From Octopus bimaculoides (taxonomy: Eukaryota), in assembly GCF_001194135.2 (NCBI RefSeq), contig NC_068984.1, positions 98,821,258-98,885,257 on the forward strand: a stretch of 64,000 bases of DNA. The letters run 5' to 3'. Below, in pieces: positions 13,976 through 27,339 of the stretch. A program made the position numbers and the translations under genes. The first letter of the stretch is position 1. Each line of letters begins with the position of its first letter. Below the pieces are notes generated by a model that had not been told where the DNA came from, searched no databases, and saw only the letters and a list, made by a program, of their open reading frames with translations.

Positions 13976-16039
13976 GAGACTGTGAATTAATGTTGACTTA
14001 ATAAGTCAAATAGTATAAAACAAAATAGTTCAAAAATATAAAAAATTCAATGAATATTGTTGATTGAATTTATTGAAGTTTTATCATTGTGCACTTTTAG
14101 ACTCAGCATTTAGTTTCTGTGTGAAGCCACAAATATACATGGCAAAGTTTTTTTCATTATATCTTGTCTATAAACACACTTTTAACATATCTCAGAGGAA
14201 ATTCTAGAGCCAAACGACCTGGCAGTGTTCAGCTGACAGTTTATCTGATATCTATTTTGTAGGATGAAGAAGGGAAAAAGCTAAATGTTTGTTTGCCAAG
14301 ACATGTCATCTGATTCTCGGACCTCATTATTCAGACATAATACATACACAAGAAAAAATACAAGAAAACAAAAATGACAAGCTTCAGGCATAGAATTTAC
14401 TGTTACCCATATAATTTGAATATATTAGATGAAGGAATTGGTGGAGAGACTGTGTTAGAATAAATGCCTTTTGTTGATATTTAGTGATGTTGCCTCATGT
14501 TCCTAGTTCAAAATCTTGCTATGTTTCTCTTTGTCTTTCATTTTTCTGGGATTGATAAAAAAAAGTACTGGTGATATATATTCATTAATACTAGCTGGAC
14601 CTGTGAAAACTTTAGGACAAACAAAAATGTAAGCATCTGTAAATAGTGACTTTGTTTAATAATTATTGAATAATTATGTATAAGCAGGAGCCTGGGAAAT
14701 TCTACGAAATACAAAACATGTAAGCATCTTTAAAAGTAACATCAAATTATAGTGTAGAAAAGTAAAATATCCAATATTGGCTGAGGATCCAGTATACAGG
14801 ATGTGATAATTAATTATATTGTAGGAAAGCAAAAGTAACATCCAATATTTGCTGTGGTTATGTATCTGTCTACTCTGAAAGTACTGATAAACATTTAAAA
14901 ACACAAAACAAACGCCACCTTCTTTTCAGTCACCACTCACTCTTTCACTCTTCCTCTGTCTCTCTCACTCTGCCACTCACTTCAACCATACCTCCTCTGC
15001 TTAACACTTTTCATTTCTCTTTTACTTTCTGCCTCTCCCTTCAACTGCAGAAAAGTAACAGTAACATTCACAGCTATTTGCTGAGAGAGTGACAGCTACA
15101 TGGAGAGAGAGAGTGTGTGTTAGAGAGAGAAAGAGACAGACAGACAGAATAACTGTCAGACAGATAGATAGATAAGCAACATTTCTTTTTGCAATTTCCA
15201 TATTTTCAATGGCTTTTTCATATGTCGTCGAAATCAAAAAGTTTTGCAGTGTTTTCTGTATGAGAATGGTTCCATTCTCTTTCACTATTATTTTCTATCC
15301 ACTCCCTTCCTTCACTCAATCTATCTCTCTAAATCTCTCTCTTTTCAACTCCCTCCTCTATGTCTCCTTGCCTCCATCCTCCTGCATTTATTGCATTATA
15401 TTTCTCTGACCTCTCAGTGCTCTCATTCTTCCCCTTCTCTCTCTCTCTTTCACACCTTGTTACTTCTTCGTCTTTGCCACTTTGCATCTCACTTCAACTG
15501 TACTTCCTTTGTTTCTGTCCCTCCCCTCTCTTTCGTTTTGCCACTCACTTCAACTATACCTCCTCTGCTTTACACCATTCATTTCTCTTTTTCGTTCTAC
15601 CTCTCCCTTCAACCTTTTTACCTCTTCCTTTGAAGTAAGTGTGACACATACCACAGGTACGTACAAAAACAAAAAGTTAGCATATTGATATTATTGATAT
15701 TTTAAATTAAATAGTAATTAGTACTAAAATTCTTCAAGATGGTGCTCCAGTATGGCTGCAGTTTAATGAGTGAAACAACTAAAACAATTGGAAGATAAAA
15801 AGTAAACAATAGCAGGTTTAGATGTAGGTTTCCAATAAGCCAATCACTGGTTTGCTTACATTCTTGAAGACAATAGTCACAAGGATGTATCTGTAGCTTG
15901 CTACAGAACAAATAGCAAGAGGGACTTCATTTGAAAAGTGCTGGTCTTTCAGCTTTTACAACAATGTTTATATTCTTTGTATATATACTCATATACAATT
16001 ACATATAAATATACATACAGATGCACTTACAAACCTACA

Positions 16040-16455
16040 TACATCATATTTCTTTTATTCTTAATATAAGGATACATAGAGGGGACAAACATGGACAGAC
16101 AAGAACATATATATGGGTCTTCAGCTTTTTACAAATATTTTAATGAATGGATTATTATAAATGAAGATGATAATATATAATATAATATATGATAAGATAA
16201 AAATTATTAGTTAAAAATTTTGAAAGTTCTTTTTCGGTTTGAGTTATTTCACTAACCCGCTGGTTGATTTCCTTTTTGTGTTCTTTTTCCATTTCTTCTA
16301 TGTCTGGACCGGCCGTGTTGGCACGGCTCCTTGGATACTCATCTTTCTTACAATTTCCTTCCATCTTTTCGCGAACACTCTCTGCAGCAGACTCCTCCTC
16401 TTCAGATGGATCTTGAAAACATGATGGGCGGTGAAGTAATTCACCAGCCCTCGTG
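16040..16455 (-). mobile_element. L1-Tx1 LINE 3' end fragment
   Basis: LVNYFTAHHVFKIHLKRRSLLQRVFAKRWKEIVRKM resembles the ORF2 C-terminus at 31540-31699 (FFSFHLKREVRQEREALSPSKFVERW). Confidence 0.6.
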
Positions 16456-17274
16456 AATTACATGCATATACATGCATGCACACATGCATACATACATACA
16501 TGCATACCAGCATACAGGCATACATACATGCATACGTAAATACATACATACATTACATACATGCATACATACTTATGTATATGAGTGCCAGTATGCATAC
16601 ATACATATATACATATATACATATCTTTCCTCTACAGTTAAGATTAGTAGTTTAGAGCTAATCAAAAGTGTAAACAAATCTGAGTTGAAATTCGTTTGTG
16701 TAATTTTGATAAAATTAATTAACTACTCGTTAACTACAGAGTTTTTTTAGATTGAGGATGGGTATATTTTCTTTGATGTCTACCAAGACTATAAACTGTT
16801 TCAGTCTATTCTGTTCATAGAAACATAAAACCTGAACATTTTGTTTCCTTTTCCCAGAGATGTTACATTTGAAATGTTTATTAAAACTATACAAATAAAT
16901 GAGTAAATAATACAATAAATGAAATATAAGTATATAGATAAAAAAAAATGCAGATACTATCATTATTTTACATCTGTTTAATACTTTTATCCTCAAAAGA
17001 ATTTTATACATCGTTTGTTAGTGATAAGGTATTTTGTTAATTTATTTTATTGATATCTACTACCTGTCTTTAGTATTTACTTGTATGTTCCTGGTAGTAT
17101 GTATGTATATAAGTATGCATGTATGTATGCATATATGTATGTATATACATATATACTTATGTATATATGTACGAATGTATGTATACACACGCATACACGT
17201 ATATATAGTAGACAGACAGACAGACAGACTGACAGATACATTTCTTTTATTAGCCACACAGGGCTCAACAAAGA

Positions 17275-17275
17275 T

Positions 17276-17340
<65 letters not shown>

Positions 17341-17423
17341 ATAAAGACGGATAGACAGCTGAACAGATGGATAGACAGATGGATGGATAAACAGATAGAT
17401 ATTTAGATAGGTAGATAGATAGG

Positions 17424-17469
<46 letters not shown>

Positions 17470-17470
17470 T
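17275..17470. repeat. (GATA)n tetranucleotide microsatellite
   Basis: Directly visible. Confidence 0.97.
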
Positions 17471-17814
17471 ATGTGTGTGTGTGTGTGTGTATGGTGTGTA
17501 TTATGGTGGTAAATTAGAAGAATTATTAGCATGTCAGAACACCCTGTGGCTATTTGCATTTTGAGAGTAACAACTGAAACTACACTGGTACCTTTCCTGT
17601 GTGCATCATTGGTGGTGGTCATGTTAAGAAGTGATATTGGCATTCATTGGCAAGTGATGCTCTTCCATAAAAAACGTTTCAGCTGCATTTCCAGATATGA
17701 AATGTACAGAGACCTTGTCTTATTTATATATCTCAAGCCACTGTTGTACTTGTATATAAAGCTTTGAGACAATATGTTTATGAATAATTTTGTATATAAA
17801 TTTGGTAAACATAC

Positions 17815-18230
17815 ATATAGGCACAAGTATCAGTCACATGATTCTGGATTCAGTCCCACAATGGTTGCACTTTGGGAAAGTGTCTTCAACTATAGCCTTG
17901 GGCTGATGAGGCCTTGTGAGAGGATTTTGAAGATAGAAACTGAAAGAGGCCTGTTGTATATATGTGTATGTGTATGTGTATGTATGTGTGTATGTGTGTC
18001 TGTGTATGTGTTTGTGCATGTGCATGCTTGTGTGTGCATGTGTGCACGCATGTGTGTGTAAGTTTGTGGGTGTGTGTGTGTGTGTTTGCTTGTGTCTCTG
18101 TTTGATTTCCACCATTGCTTGACAGCTGGTGTTGGTTTGTTTGAGTCCTCATAACTTAGAGGTTCAGCAAAAGAGACCGACAATATAAGAACCAGCATGA
18201 CCACAGTCAAATGCCTGAAACAAGTAAATA
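17815..18230 (+). mobile_element. tRNA-derived SINE with CORE-like segment and internal microsatellite; other copies at about 3110-3250(-), 8950-9120(-), 18530-18680(-), 20270-21010(+), 38995-39300(+)
   Basis: Shared consensus ...tgtgtggtaagaagcttgcttcccaaccacatggttc..ggttcagtccca (A/B-box-like), ttgggcaagtgtctt, gaaactgaaagaagccc, and tail cttgacaacc..tgttggt..aaaagagaccga..ataag. Confidence 0.8.
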
Positions 18231-18865
18231 TTAAAGATACATTTAGCTTTGTTAACCACAACAACTTTCTCTGTAGAACGAATTAAAGAACAATGCAACT
18301 AGTTTTGCCTGGTAATTGCTAGCTCATCAGGAGAGGGAGAAAAGAGTTAAATATGAATACTGCTTTAAACAACAAGTGGTACATTTAATTATTTGCAGTG
18401 ATGGGAGAAACACACACACACACACACTCTCTCTCTCTCTCACACACACACTCTCTCTCTCTCTCTCTCACACACATGCACACACACACACACACTCTAT
18501 CCCTCTCTCACACACACACATGATGAGCTTCTTTCAGTTTCCATTTACCAAATCCATTCACAAGGCTTTGGTCGAATTGAGGATAAAATTGAAGACACTT
18601 GTCCAATGTGCCATGCAGCGGAACTGAACCCAGAACCATGTGGTTGGAAAGCAAGCTTCTTACCACACATGCACATGTGTGTATATACACATGCACATAT
18701 ACTTGTACACAAACATTCACACACACAAACACACACATATAATTAGATGAAGGTAGTTATGGCTGCTCTATGGGGTTACCCAGGGTTTTACATCCATAAA
18801 GCACTTAGCTTTACAACATCTCTTCAGACCCTAATGGAGGGAGCTTTGCTGATTTACTGACTATG

Positions 18866-18931
<66 letters not shown>

Positions 18932-18950
18932 CACACACATATATATATAT

Positions 18951-18984
<34 letters not shown>

Positions 18985-19084
18985 ATACATGCATACATAT
19001 ATACATATATATACATATATATATATGTATATATGTATATATACACACACGTATATATATAAATTCACTTCCTTCATTTTCCAG

Positions 19085-19281
19085 GCAAGTAGCATCGGTC
19101 AAATCTGTGATGTCCTGTGTAGTCCATGGTTTACGCACACGTCGGGAGAGTGCCACTCTTGTACATGAACACTCCAGTCGATCTCACTTAGTCGTAACAT
19201 TGTTGATTACTACTAACGACACCACACGTGCCTGGCATACAGATCCTGCAACATCTGATTGGTCAAGTTCAGTAATCAGCT
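19085..19281 (+). CDS. KIF25: Kinesin-14 KIF25-like motor-domain exon (switch I)
   Basis: Acceptor ttcattttccag|g and donor agct|gtaagt. Translation [65 protein letters not shown]. The TLVHxxSSRSHL motif matches KIF25 as I recall it (H in place of the usual N). Confidence 0.9.
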
Positions 19282-20459
19282 GTAAGTATACATGTAATCC
19301 AGTTTATAGTCAACACTGATTTATTGTTTTACCCCTCTCCCCACTAACCACACAGAATGATAAAAATCCGCTTATCCTATCATATCATCATAAAACCTAA
19401 ATATTACTTTAATATGTCATGCTTCAGTGAGTTCTTATTCAACCAGAACCAAAAATCCAATCTGTTTTGAAAAGTCTATCAGTGCTGCTAGGGAATCTTA
19501 TGTATTTTGATGTTTACACAAGTTCAACCTTGACCAAAAGCATTTTTGCAATAATATTTACATCATCACATGTTCCACTTAATATAAGAGTATTTCTTTT
19601 ATTAATAGCACATTGCTTGGATAACCTTGTTTGCCGTTCACCAATTTACAACTATGTTTTTATGTTTATTTATCTGTCTATCTATTGCTCTCTTTCTATT
19701 TCTCTGTGTATATATACATATATTCTTTTATTCTTTTATTTGTTTCAATTATTTGACTGCAGCCATGCTGAAGCACCACCTTTACATACACATACATACA
19801 TACATACATTATACACACACACACACACACACATATATGTATGTATGTATGTATACACACACATATCGCACACTCACAGACATATATATATGTATGTATA
19901 TATGTATGTATATATGTATATACACACACACACATGCACTCACAAATATATATATATAAATGTGTGTATTTGTAAATAGATACATACATATGCATGTCCG
20001 TGTAGCAGTGTGTGAGTATACAATCATATATATAGAGAGAGATAAAGAGAGAGTCAGAGAGATATAGATAGTTATGAACACATGTAAACTGGTGAATACC
20101 AAACAGGATTAGCTAATCTCATGACAGTTGGAATAAGTGTCCTCACTCCTAGCCATTGGTCCAACAATTCTTATGGATAGAATGTTTGAAAGCCTATCTA
20201 TCTATTTATCTATCTATCTCTCTATCTGTCTATCAATTTATCTATCTATCCATCCATTTCTTTATATAGGCACAGGTATGGTTGTGTGGTAAGAAGTTTG
20301 CTTCCCAATCAAATGGTTTTGGGTTCAGTCCTACTATGTGACATGTTGGGCAAGTGTTTTTTTAATATAGCCTCAGGTTGACCAAAGGCTTGTGAGTGAA
20401 TCTGGTAGATGGAATCTGAAAAAAGTCCATCATATATATATATATTTATATATATATAA

Positions 20460-20605
20460 CATTAATCTTGATAAAGAGAATAGAGATTTTTCACATCCAT
20501 AAATTTTATTTTAACAGTTATTTACAGCATATTCTCCAGAGAGAATAACTGTTAAATAAAATTTATGGATGTGAAAAACCTCTACTCTCTTTATCATTAT
20601 TAATT
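20460..20605. repeat. Short near-perfect hairpin (MITE-like)
   Basis: gataaagag..tttttcacatccataaattttattttaacagttatt pairs with aataactgttaaataaaatttatggatgtgaaaaa..ctctttatc around a loop of about 19 nt. Confidence 0.75.
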
Positions 20606-20784
20606 ACTCTATGGAACATATGCAGTCCTGAACAAGGCGCACAGAATTGCCTGAGAGAAGTTACCAATGCTTGACAACTCATTGTTATTACATATGAACC
20701 ATTGTGGTTAGCCAGCATCTGAAACCAATTTGAGAAAAAACATGGTACTCGCCACAATAATATGTCCCTTTTAACTCATTTTTG

Positions 20785-20817
<33 letters not shown>

Positions 20818-22305
20818 TTTCACTACTGCTTGACAACCAGTGTTGGTGTGTTTACATACCCATAGCTTAGCACTTTGGCATAAGAGACAGATGGAATAAG
20901 TACCAGGCCTTGCAAAACATAATAAGTATTAGGGTCAATTCATTCAGCTAAAACTTCTTCAAGGCAGTGCCCCAGCATGGCCACAGTCTAATGACTGAAA
21001 CAAGAAAAATAAATGAAAAGATAAAAAAGATATACATACATACACATAATGTTTTTCTTGCCCTTCCCCCACTACCAGCGACTGCATCATATTTACTACT
21101 TCTGTTGCTCACTGGGGAGACCGATGGATGCAGAAGACTGCATCTCTCTATCCCCAGTTCATAGTTCTTGTATCATCCACCCTTCAATCCTACCTGTTTT
21201 TAGCAGTCAGTCTCCCACCCCTCATTCACTTTTCCTATCTTGCAAACCACTCACCCATCCACATCTACTCACTTTGTGCCTTTTAGGGCCCGCCAGGGCA
21301 CCTTATTTTCATTGTCTAAATCTTGCAATTCCTACTGACCATTTTCTTTTTCTCTTTCTTTCCTCCTCATTTTCCCCTCTACTAAATGTGAGGAGCTATG
21401 TAGATCCTTCAGAAAGAACCTGTTCTTCCTCCCTCTCTCATAATAATTTCTTTGTCCCTAGCATGGAAACGACCCCACACCAATTCCCCCAGTGCTCACA
21501 GATTTGTGAACCACATGGTGAACTCAATAGTGTAGGTGGCACAAAAAAAAAAATAAATAAAACACCCAGGCCTCGTCATAAAGTGGTTGCCATTAGGAAG
21601 GGGGTATTTTGCTATTAAAATCATGTCATGGTAGACACTGGAGCTGAATGCAGTCCTTGGAGACATTCAGATTTTGTGAAACTGTCCACCCATGCCAGCA
21701 TGGAACATGAATGTTAAATGACGATGATCTCTATATATTACAGATGAGTATAGCCACTGTCAGTATGTATGCATACATTTATGTGCTTTGACTGCAGCAT
21801 TTAGAGCACTTTAGCTCTTATTTCTAGCATTGTTGATGTTCTAACACTCTCAGTCATATTTCATGACAATTATAGTTTTCCTTTTTGGTAACACATTGCT
21901 AAACCCCTGCCTACATTAATCATTTGTATACACAGTAACAATTCATTAAATCATCCATAGATTTGTATGGTGTGGTAATATATACTGATGACAGTTTTGT
22001 CCAAAATCAGCCAAGTTGAGCCGACCCTACTGGTGTAAAGATGAAACTGTCTAGTTAGTATAGGGATATTTCGGCTGCTGCTTTCAGGCAATTATGATCG
22101 ATATCAGTATGTATGTATACTATTATGTGTTTTGACTGCAGCATTAGAGCACTTTAACTCTTATTTCTGGCATTGTAGATGATCAAACACCCTCAGTCAT
22201 ATTTAATGACAATTATAGTTTTCCTTTTTGGTAACACATTGCTAAACTGCTGCCAATGTTAATTATTTTTACATATGTGTGTGTGTGTGTGTGTGTATGT
22301 GTGTA

Positions 22306-23820
22306 CACTGAACCGCAAAAGAAACGTGAGACATGTGTGACTGTGAAATATGTTTTAATTTCATTGGCAGAGATAAATTTTGATAAATCTGATAAATTCA
22401 ATTTCTTGAATGCACTTTAACCACAGTTTATGGGTTCTGGTAGGGGGCGGATCCAGCACATCGAGACTGAAGGGCGTAACATGTTCAATACCATGTAAGC
22501 CCTCCCTGGGTGTTCAAAACAGCCATACACTGTTGGTACATGGAGTGCATGAGGCAGTTCACAAAAGCCATTGACACCTGTGCCCACACCCCGAGGAAAG
22601 CTGCCTCAAGTTCCTCACAAGATGTCGACCTTGGGATCACCTGGCTCAGCCATCTTTGGATTTCATCCTACAGGTGTTCAATTGGGTTCAAATTCAGGCT
22701 GAGAGCCAGCGATGACATGGTTCTGATATTGTGCTGATGCAGAAAGTTCATGGTGATCCTGGCCGTGTGGGAGGGAGCATTGTCCTACTGAAACATGTGG
22801 CTATGGTGATGAATGAGGAAGGGCATGATGTGAGGTCTTAGGATCTGGTCAATGTAGCGCTGCACTGTGATGCCATTCCCTCTGCCTGCACCAACATTTT
22901 GGAACAAATGGGGCCCAATTCTCTGATTCAGGCCTATATCACCCCAAACCATGATGTTTTGACCACCCCACGTGTCTCTCTCCATGACATGTGTATTTCT
23001 GTAGTGTTCACTCCCCCCTACGCCACACCTTAACTCTGCCATCCAGGGTGGAAATGCAGTACTGGCTCTCATCAGATCTGCATTGTTGATGCCACCAATG
23101 TCAGTGTTGTGTAGCCCACTGTAGTTGTGCCTGATAGTGGTGGGTGGTGAGGACAGACCTTTGAGCAGGACAATGGCAACGCAGATTGCTGGTGGCCAGG
23201 CAACGTCGTACCATGTCATTGCTGATGGGTCGCTGTCCAGTGCTTATAGTTTTGCAAGTTGTCACACTGGCTGGTCTGAAGTGATCATGGAGGTGTTGCA
23301 AATGGATGAAGTGGTCCTACATGGGCGTGGTCACCCAGGAGCGCCATCTGCGGGCATGGTCTGCAGTGCTGTTGGTATTGTTGTAGCACTGTTGCAAGCA
23401 ATAGATGGTGCTGACATAGACATTGTATGCTTTTGCAACAAGCAGGGCACACTGCCCTGCTTGCAATCAGCCAATAGCTTGTTCTCTTTGTATTGTTGAC
23501 AATTGATTAATACCTGAAGCATCCAAATTACATATGCTAAGAACATGGTTCAAGTTGATTTTTATACCCATAACCTCCATGAGATGCACGTGCATTTTGG
23601 TTTCTATGACAATTGTTTGTGACTGCCACCTACGGCATTCAACACAGCTGCGTTTTGGCATCTCATTTCAAGGAAAGTTGAAAGGTTACCTGCAATTTGG
23701 GTCTCAGTCATAAACCAGCATGTCTTGGAATATTTACACTTACATACTCAAAATAAAATTTCAGAATTTACCATGTAAAAATGACATTTGAAAATACTGC
23801 GTTTCTTTTGCAATTCAGAA
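22306..23820 (-). mobile_element. Full-length decayed Tc1 (DD34E) transposon
   Basis: TIRs cactgaaccgcaaaagaaacg / cgtttcttttgcaattcagaa with TA on both sides. Transposase relic GGQNIMVWG...FQ*DNAPSHTAR...NLNPIEHL, with 34 residues counted between D and E. Contains stops and frameshifts. Confidence 0.92.
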
Positions 23821-24589
23821 TATATATATATGTATGTGTATATATATATATATATATTGGAAGGTTTGAAGGTGATGTACAGAAATTATATAGAAAAAAA
23901 TTAAGGTACTCAGAAATCTGGATGTTTGTACATTTACAGATTTTTATTAATGTCACATATTAAATAAAGCGCTTTTCACCTAATGTANNNNNNNNNNNNN
24001 NNNNNNNNNNNNNNNNNNNNNNNNNNNNNNNNNNNNNNNNNNNNNNNNNNNNNNNNNNNNNNNNNNNNNNNNNNNNNNNNNNNNNNNNNNNNNNNNNNNN
24101 NNNNNNNNNNNNNNNNNNNNNNNNNNNNNNNNNNNNNNNNNNNNNNNNNNNNNNNNNNNNNNNNNNNNNNNNNNNNNNNNNNNNNNNNNNNNNNNNNNNN
24201 NNNNNNNNNNNNNNNNNNNNNNNNNNNNNNNNNNNNNNNNNNNNNNNNNNNNNNNNNNNNNNNNNNNNNNNNNNNNNNNNNNNNNNNNNNNNNNNNNNNN
24301 NNNNNNNNNNNNNNNNNNNNNNNNNNNNNNNNNNNNNNNNNNNNNNNNNNNNNNNNNNNNNNNNNNNNNNNNNNNNNNNNNNNNNNNNNNNNNNNNNNNN
24401 NNNNNNNNNNNNNNNNNNNNNNNNNNNNNNNNNNNNNNNNNNNNNNNNNNNNNNNNNNNNNNNNNNNNNNNNNNNNNNNNNNNNNNNNNNNNNNNNNNNN
24501 NNNNNNNNNNNNNNNNNNNNNNNNNNNNNNNNNNNNNNNNNNNNNNNNNNNNNNNNNNNNNNNNNNNNNNNNNNNNNNTATATATATAT

Positions 24590-25530
24590 ATATATATGGT
24601 TTCGGTGCGAATGGCTTTATTATACGGTGCCGTATTTTACAATCCTGTAAATAATAATAATGGTATTTTTATATAAGCTTAAAGCTTATGCTCTTCACCA
24701 TGCAATGACTAACGGAAATAGTGTAATAACGGAGCACATAAGCCCTAATACCCTAACCCTGACCCTAAAACCGTAACACTAACACCCTAGTGAAAATCGT
24801 GGTATATTTATAAAACATTGACGAACATGAGTTATATTTTACTGAATGATTGTGTACTTGCACGTGTATGCGTTTGTGAGAGCGAGAGAGGAAGAGGTAG
24901 AGAGAGGGGGAGAAAGGAATAGAGGTAGTTAAAAGTTTTCTTATGATGAATTCTCTTCACTGCCTATTACTTCCTTAGAAATCTACGGATGCACATACGC
25001 ACATAATAGAGACAAATGAAACAGATATGGACGACTTGCTCCGAAACACCACCGAGTGGGAAACACTTCTCAAAAATAACCTGCAGTTGTTTCCTTCAAA
25101 ATTCCTACATGCTCGAAATGTACATACATCAAGGTATATTTGTAGAAAATTTCACGAAAAAATATTCATTTTCCTGGAAGTTAAGAGGAATTTAAGTGGA
25201 ATTGTCCCCCACCTCCCTCCTAAAATACTTTCACCAAAAATTTTTGTATATTCGGAATCTACATAGTAAATAATATATGCATAGAAAATTTCATTTACAA
25301 ATATTCATTTTTCTGAAAGTTATGACCTTCCAAAGTCAGGGGGTACAACTCTGTAGTTATGCCACATTGACGAACATGAGTTATATTTTTGTGAATGACT
25401 GTGTTTACTTGCACGTGTATGCGTTTGAGAGAGCGAGAGAGGAAGAGGGGGAGAAAGGAATAGAGAATGGGAGCAATGTGTATGTTGTCACAGATCACGT
25501 ATGTGTGGTTGTGTGTGTTTTTACATATCA
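24590..25530. repeat. Unclassified CpG-retaining interspersed repeat with telomere-like (CCCTAA) segment and about 100-bp internal direct repeat
   Basis: ccctaataccctaaccctgaccctaaaaccgtaacactaacacccta at 24743-24790. acattgacgaacatgagttatatttt...gagagcgagagaggaagagg occurs at about 24815-24925 and 25364-25465. Confidence 0.55.
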
Positions 25531-25594
25531 ATGTTATGAAAAGTAGGTAAAGAATACTGAGAGGAAAGTTTAATCTATGACTTTGTATGTATCA

Positions 25595-25631
<37 letters not shown>

Positions 25632-25860
25632 TTTTACTCTTACTCTCTATATTATATGTTGAGCGCGTGTGTAAAAACACTGTTCAAGGTAGAAGGGAAG
25701 AAATATAAAAGTTGCTAGAAACAACAGCCAAATCTTTAAATCACAAAATAAACGGAATTTAAAAAATCTAATTATTGCACTGGAAAGTTCACATCGAGAA
25801 AATTCCATTGATGTAAAAATGTTTATGGAAAAGTGGAAAATGTGGATTTCTATAGATGCA

Positions 25861-25891
<31 letters not shown>

Positions 25892-26559
25892 AACTCAGCT
25901 ATACTATAGTTATAGATATACAAAATATTTATTTTTATAAATATAATTATAAAAATAGTTTTAGAGCCATTTGGCATCTTCTAGCATGTCACATTACTTG
26001 GTAGTTGCCCTTATTATAATTTTATAATTGTATTTATAAAAATAAATACTATGTATTTATTTTTATTTAAATTGGTTTTCACATGCTAGCTACTTGATAT
26101 ATATAAGTTTCTTCTTTTACTTGTTTCACTCATTAGACAGAGAGATTGCCTTGAAGAATTGTATATAGGATGTCAGATAGCAAAATCAAAGGAGCATCTG
26201 GTTAAACTATATTGTGCAGTTTAATTACATTACTTTGTGTTTTGAGTTCAAATTCCTCATAGGTTTACTTCACCTTTCACTTTGGAAATAAAAAAAATAT
26301 CTGCTTTTGACTCTTGAGCTGACATGATAATTTGATGCCCATCTGACCATTTTGTTCTACCCAAATGTTCCTCATTTTTCACCTTACCAGCTGTACAAAA
26401 TACACATTGGGTAGTGTAGTCCAATGTAGTCTATGCCTGTTATTCCAAAAGGAAAATGATGCTATGGTTACACTGGACAGAACAGGAGCTAAACAACACT
26501 CTCAGATATTCAAAACAACAAAAGCAATATCTGATCATAATATATGTGTATGTTTTTAT

Positions 26560-27050
26560 TCAGTTTTATTTCAGGATTTCTTGCTAATAGAGAAAGAGTC
26601 GGTTTCTAAACTTATACCCAAGGTTCCTTTGTTGCAATTTATTGCATGTGTGTGTGCATATGTGCAATATTTGAAGTCGGGGCATGTGCAGGTTCATATG
26701 TTTTGTTTTATGTACGTTTTCTCATGCATAAAGTTACATATCTAGACAAAATTATATATACTTAAATGTTAAACTTCTGGTAAGTTTTATAAATTTTTAC
26801 AGTTCCAGTGATGGCTTGGATCTGTAGTCTTCAAATCAGTTTTCTCCTTCTTAGTTTTGAGAAGCTTAATTTCTCAAGATTGGTATTTAGGTAGTGTGTT
26901 ACATATTCTACGGTTTCAATAATTACGGGTACCAACCTGAACTTGTAAATCTGGGTAGAGTAACTGTAGATTTCTCCATAGTTCAGCGTAGGTATTTTCT
27001 TTTTCAATGATCTTTAGCTTTATGTTAACATCTGCTGGGCAGCTGATGCA
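26560..27050 (-). mobile_element. 3' fragment of RLE-type (Dong/R4-like) LINE
   Basis: Same sequence family as 35415-37470 (ISCPADVNIKLKI...LQLLYPDLQVQV.. plus the shared 3' UTR). Confidence 0.8.
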
Positions 27051-27161
27051 TGTATGCATGTATGGATGGTTGGATGGATGGGTGGGTGGATGCATGTCTG
27101 TATTTCATTGTTTTGACAAGCATCTTATTATTATTTTCTATGATTTTGTTTTAATTCGCAG

Positions 27162-27281
27162 CAAATTTACCCCTGAGTAAAGAAAAGGGTAGAACCACCC
27201 CACCAAATGTTTCTTCACCCAACCCCAGTGTTATTAAAACTAAGCTGCAGCTTGTAGATTTGGCTGGAAGTGAATGTGTTG
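27162..27281 (+). CDS. KIF25: KIF25-like motor-domain exon (switch II)
   Basis: Acceptor ttttaattcgcag|ca and donor gttg|gtgagt. Translation (S)NLPLSKEKGRTTPPNVSSPNPSVIKTKLQLVDLAGSECVG. The phase-1 start joins the 19085-19281 exon in frame (t|ca = Ser). Confidence 0.92.
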
Positions 27282-27339
27282 GTGAGTAGTACAATGTATT
27301 TTTGAAATCATCATCATCATCAGTATCATTGTTATTGTT

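Noticed and set aside
17077-17643. 188-aa and similar ORFs rich in CV/HT/IY/LS repeats
   Set aside because: Translations of microsatellites.
18809-18864. Possible small upstream KIF25 exon (cag|ACCCTAATGGAGGGAGC...ACTAT|gtatat; [13 protein letters not shown]) whose phase would fit the 19085 exon
   Set aside because: The donor is weak and runs into a (TA)n tract, and similarity to kinesin is marginal. It needs RNA-seq junction evidence.
23983-24654. Long ORFs made of X (also at about 40.0-41.1 kb, 50.2-51.0 kb, 57.4-58.0 kb and 62.7-63.4 kb)
   Set aside because: Artefacts of translating N-gaps. Only the piggyBac ORF has real flanking coding sequence.
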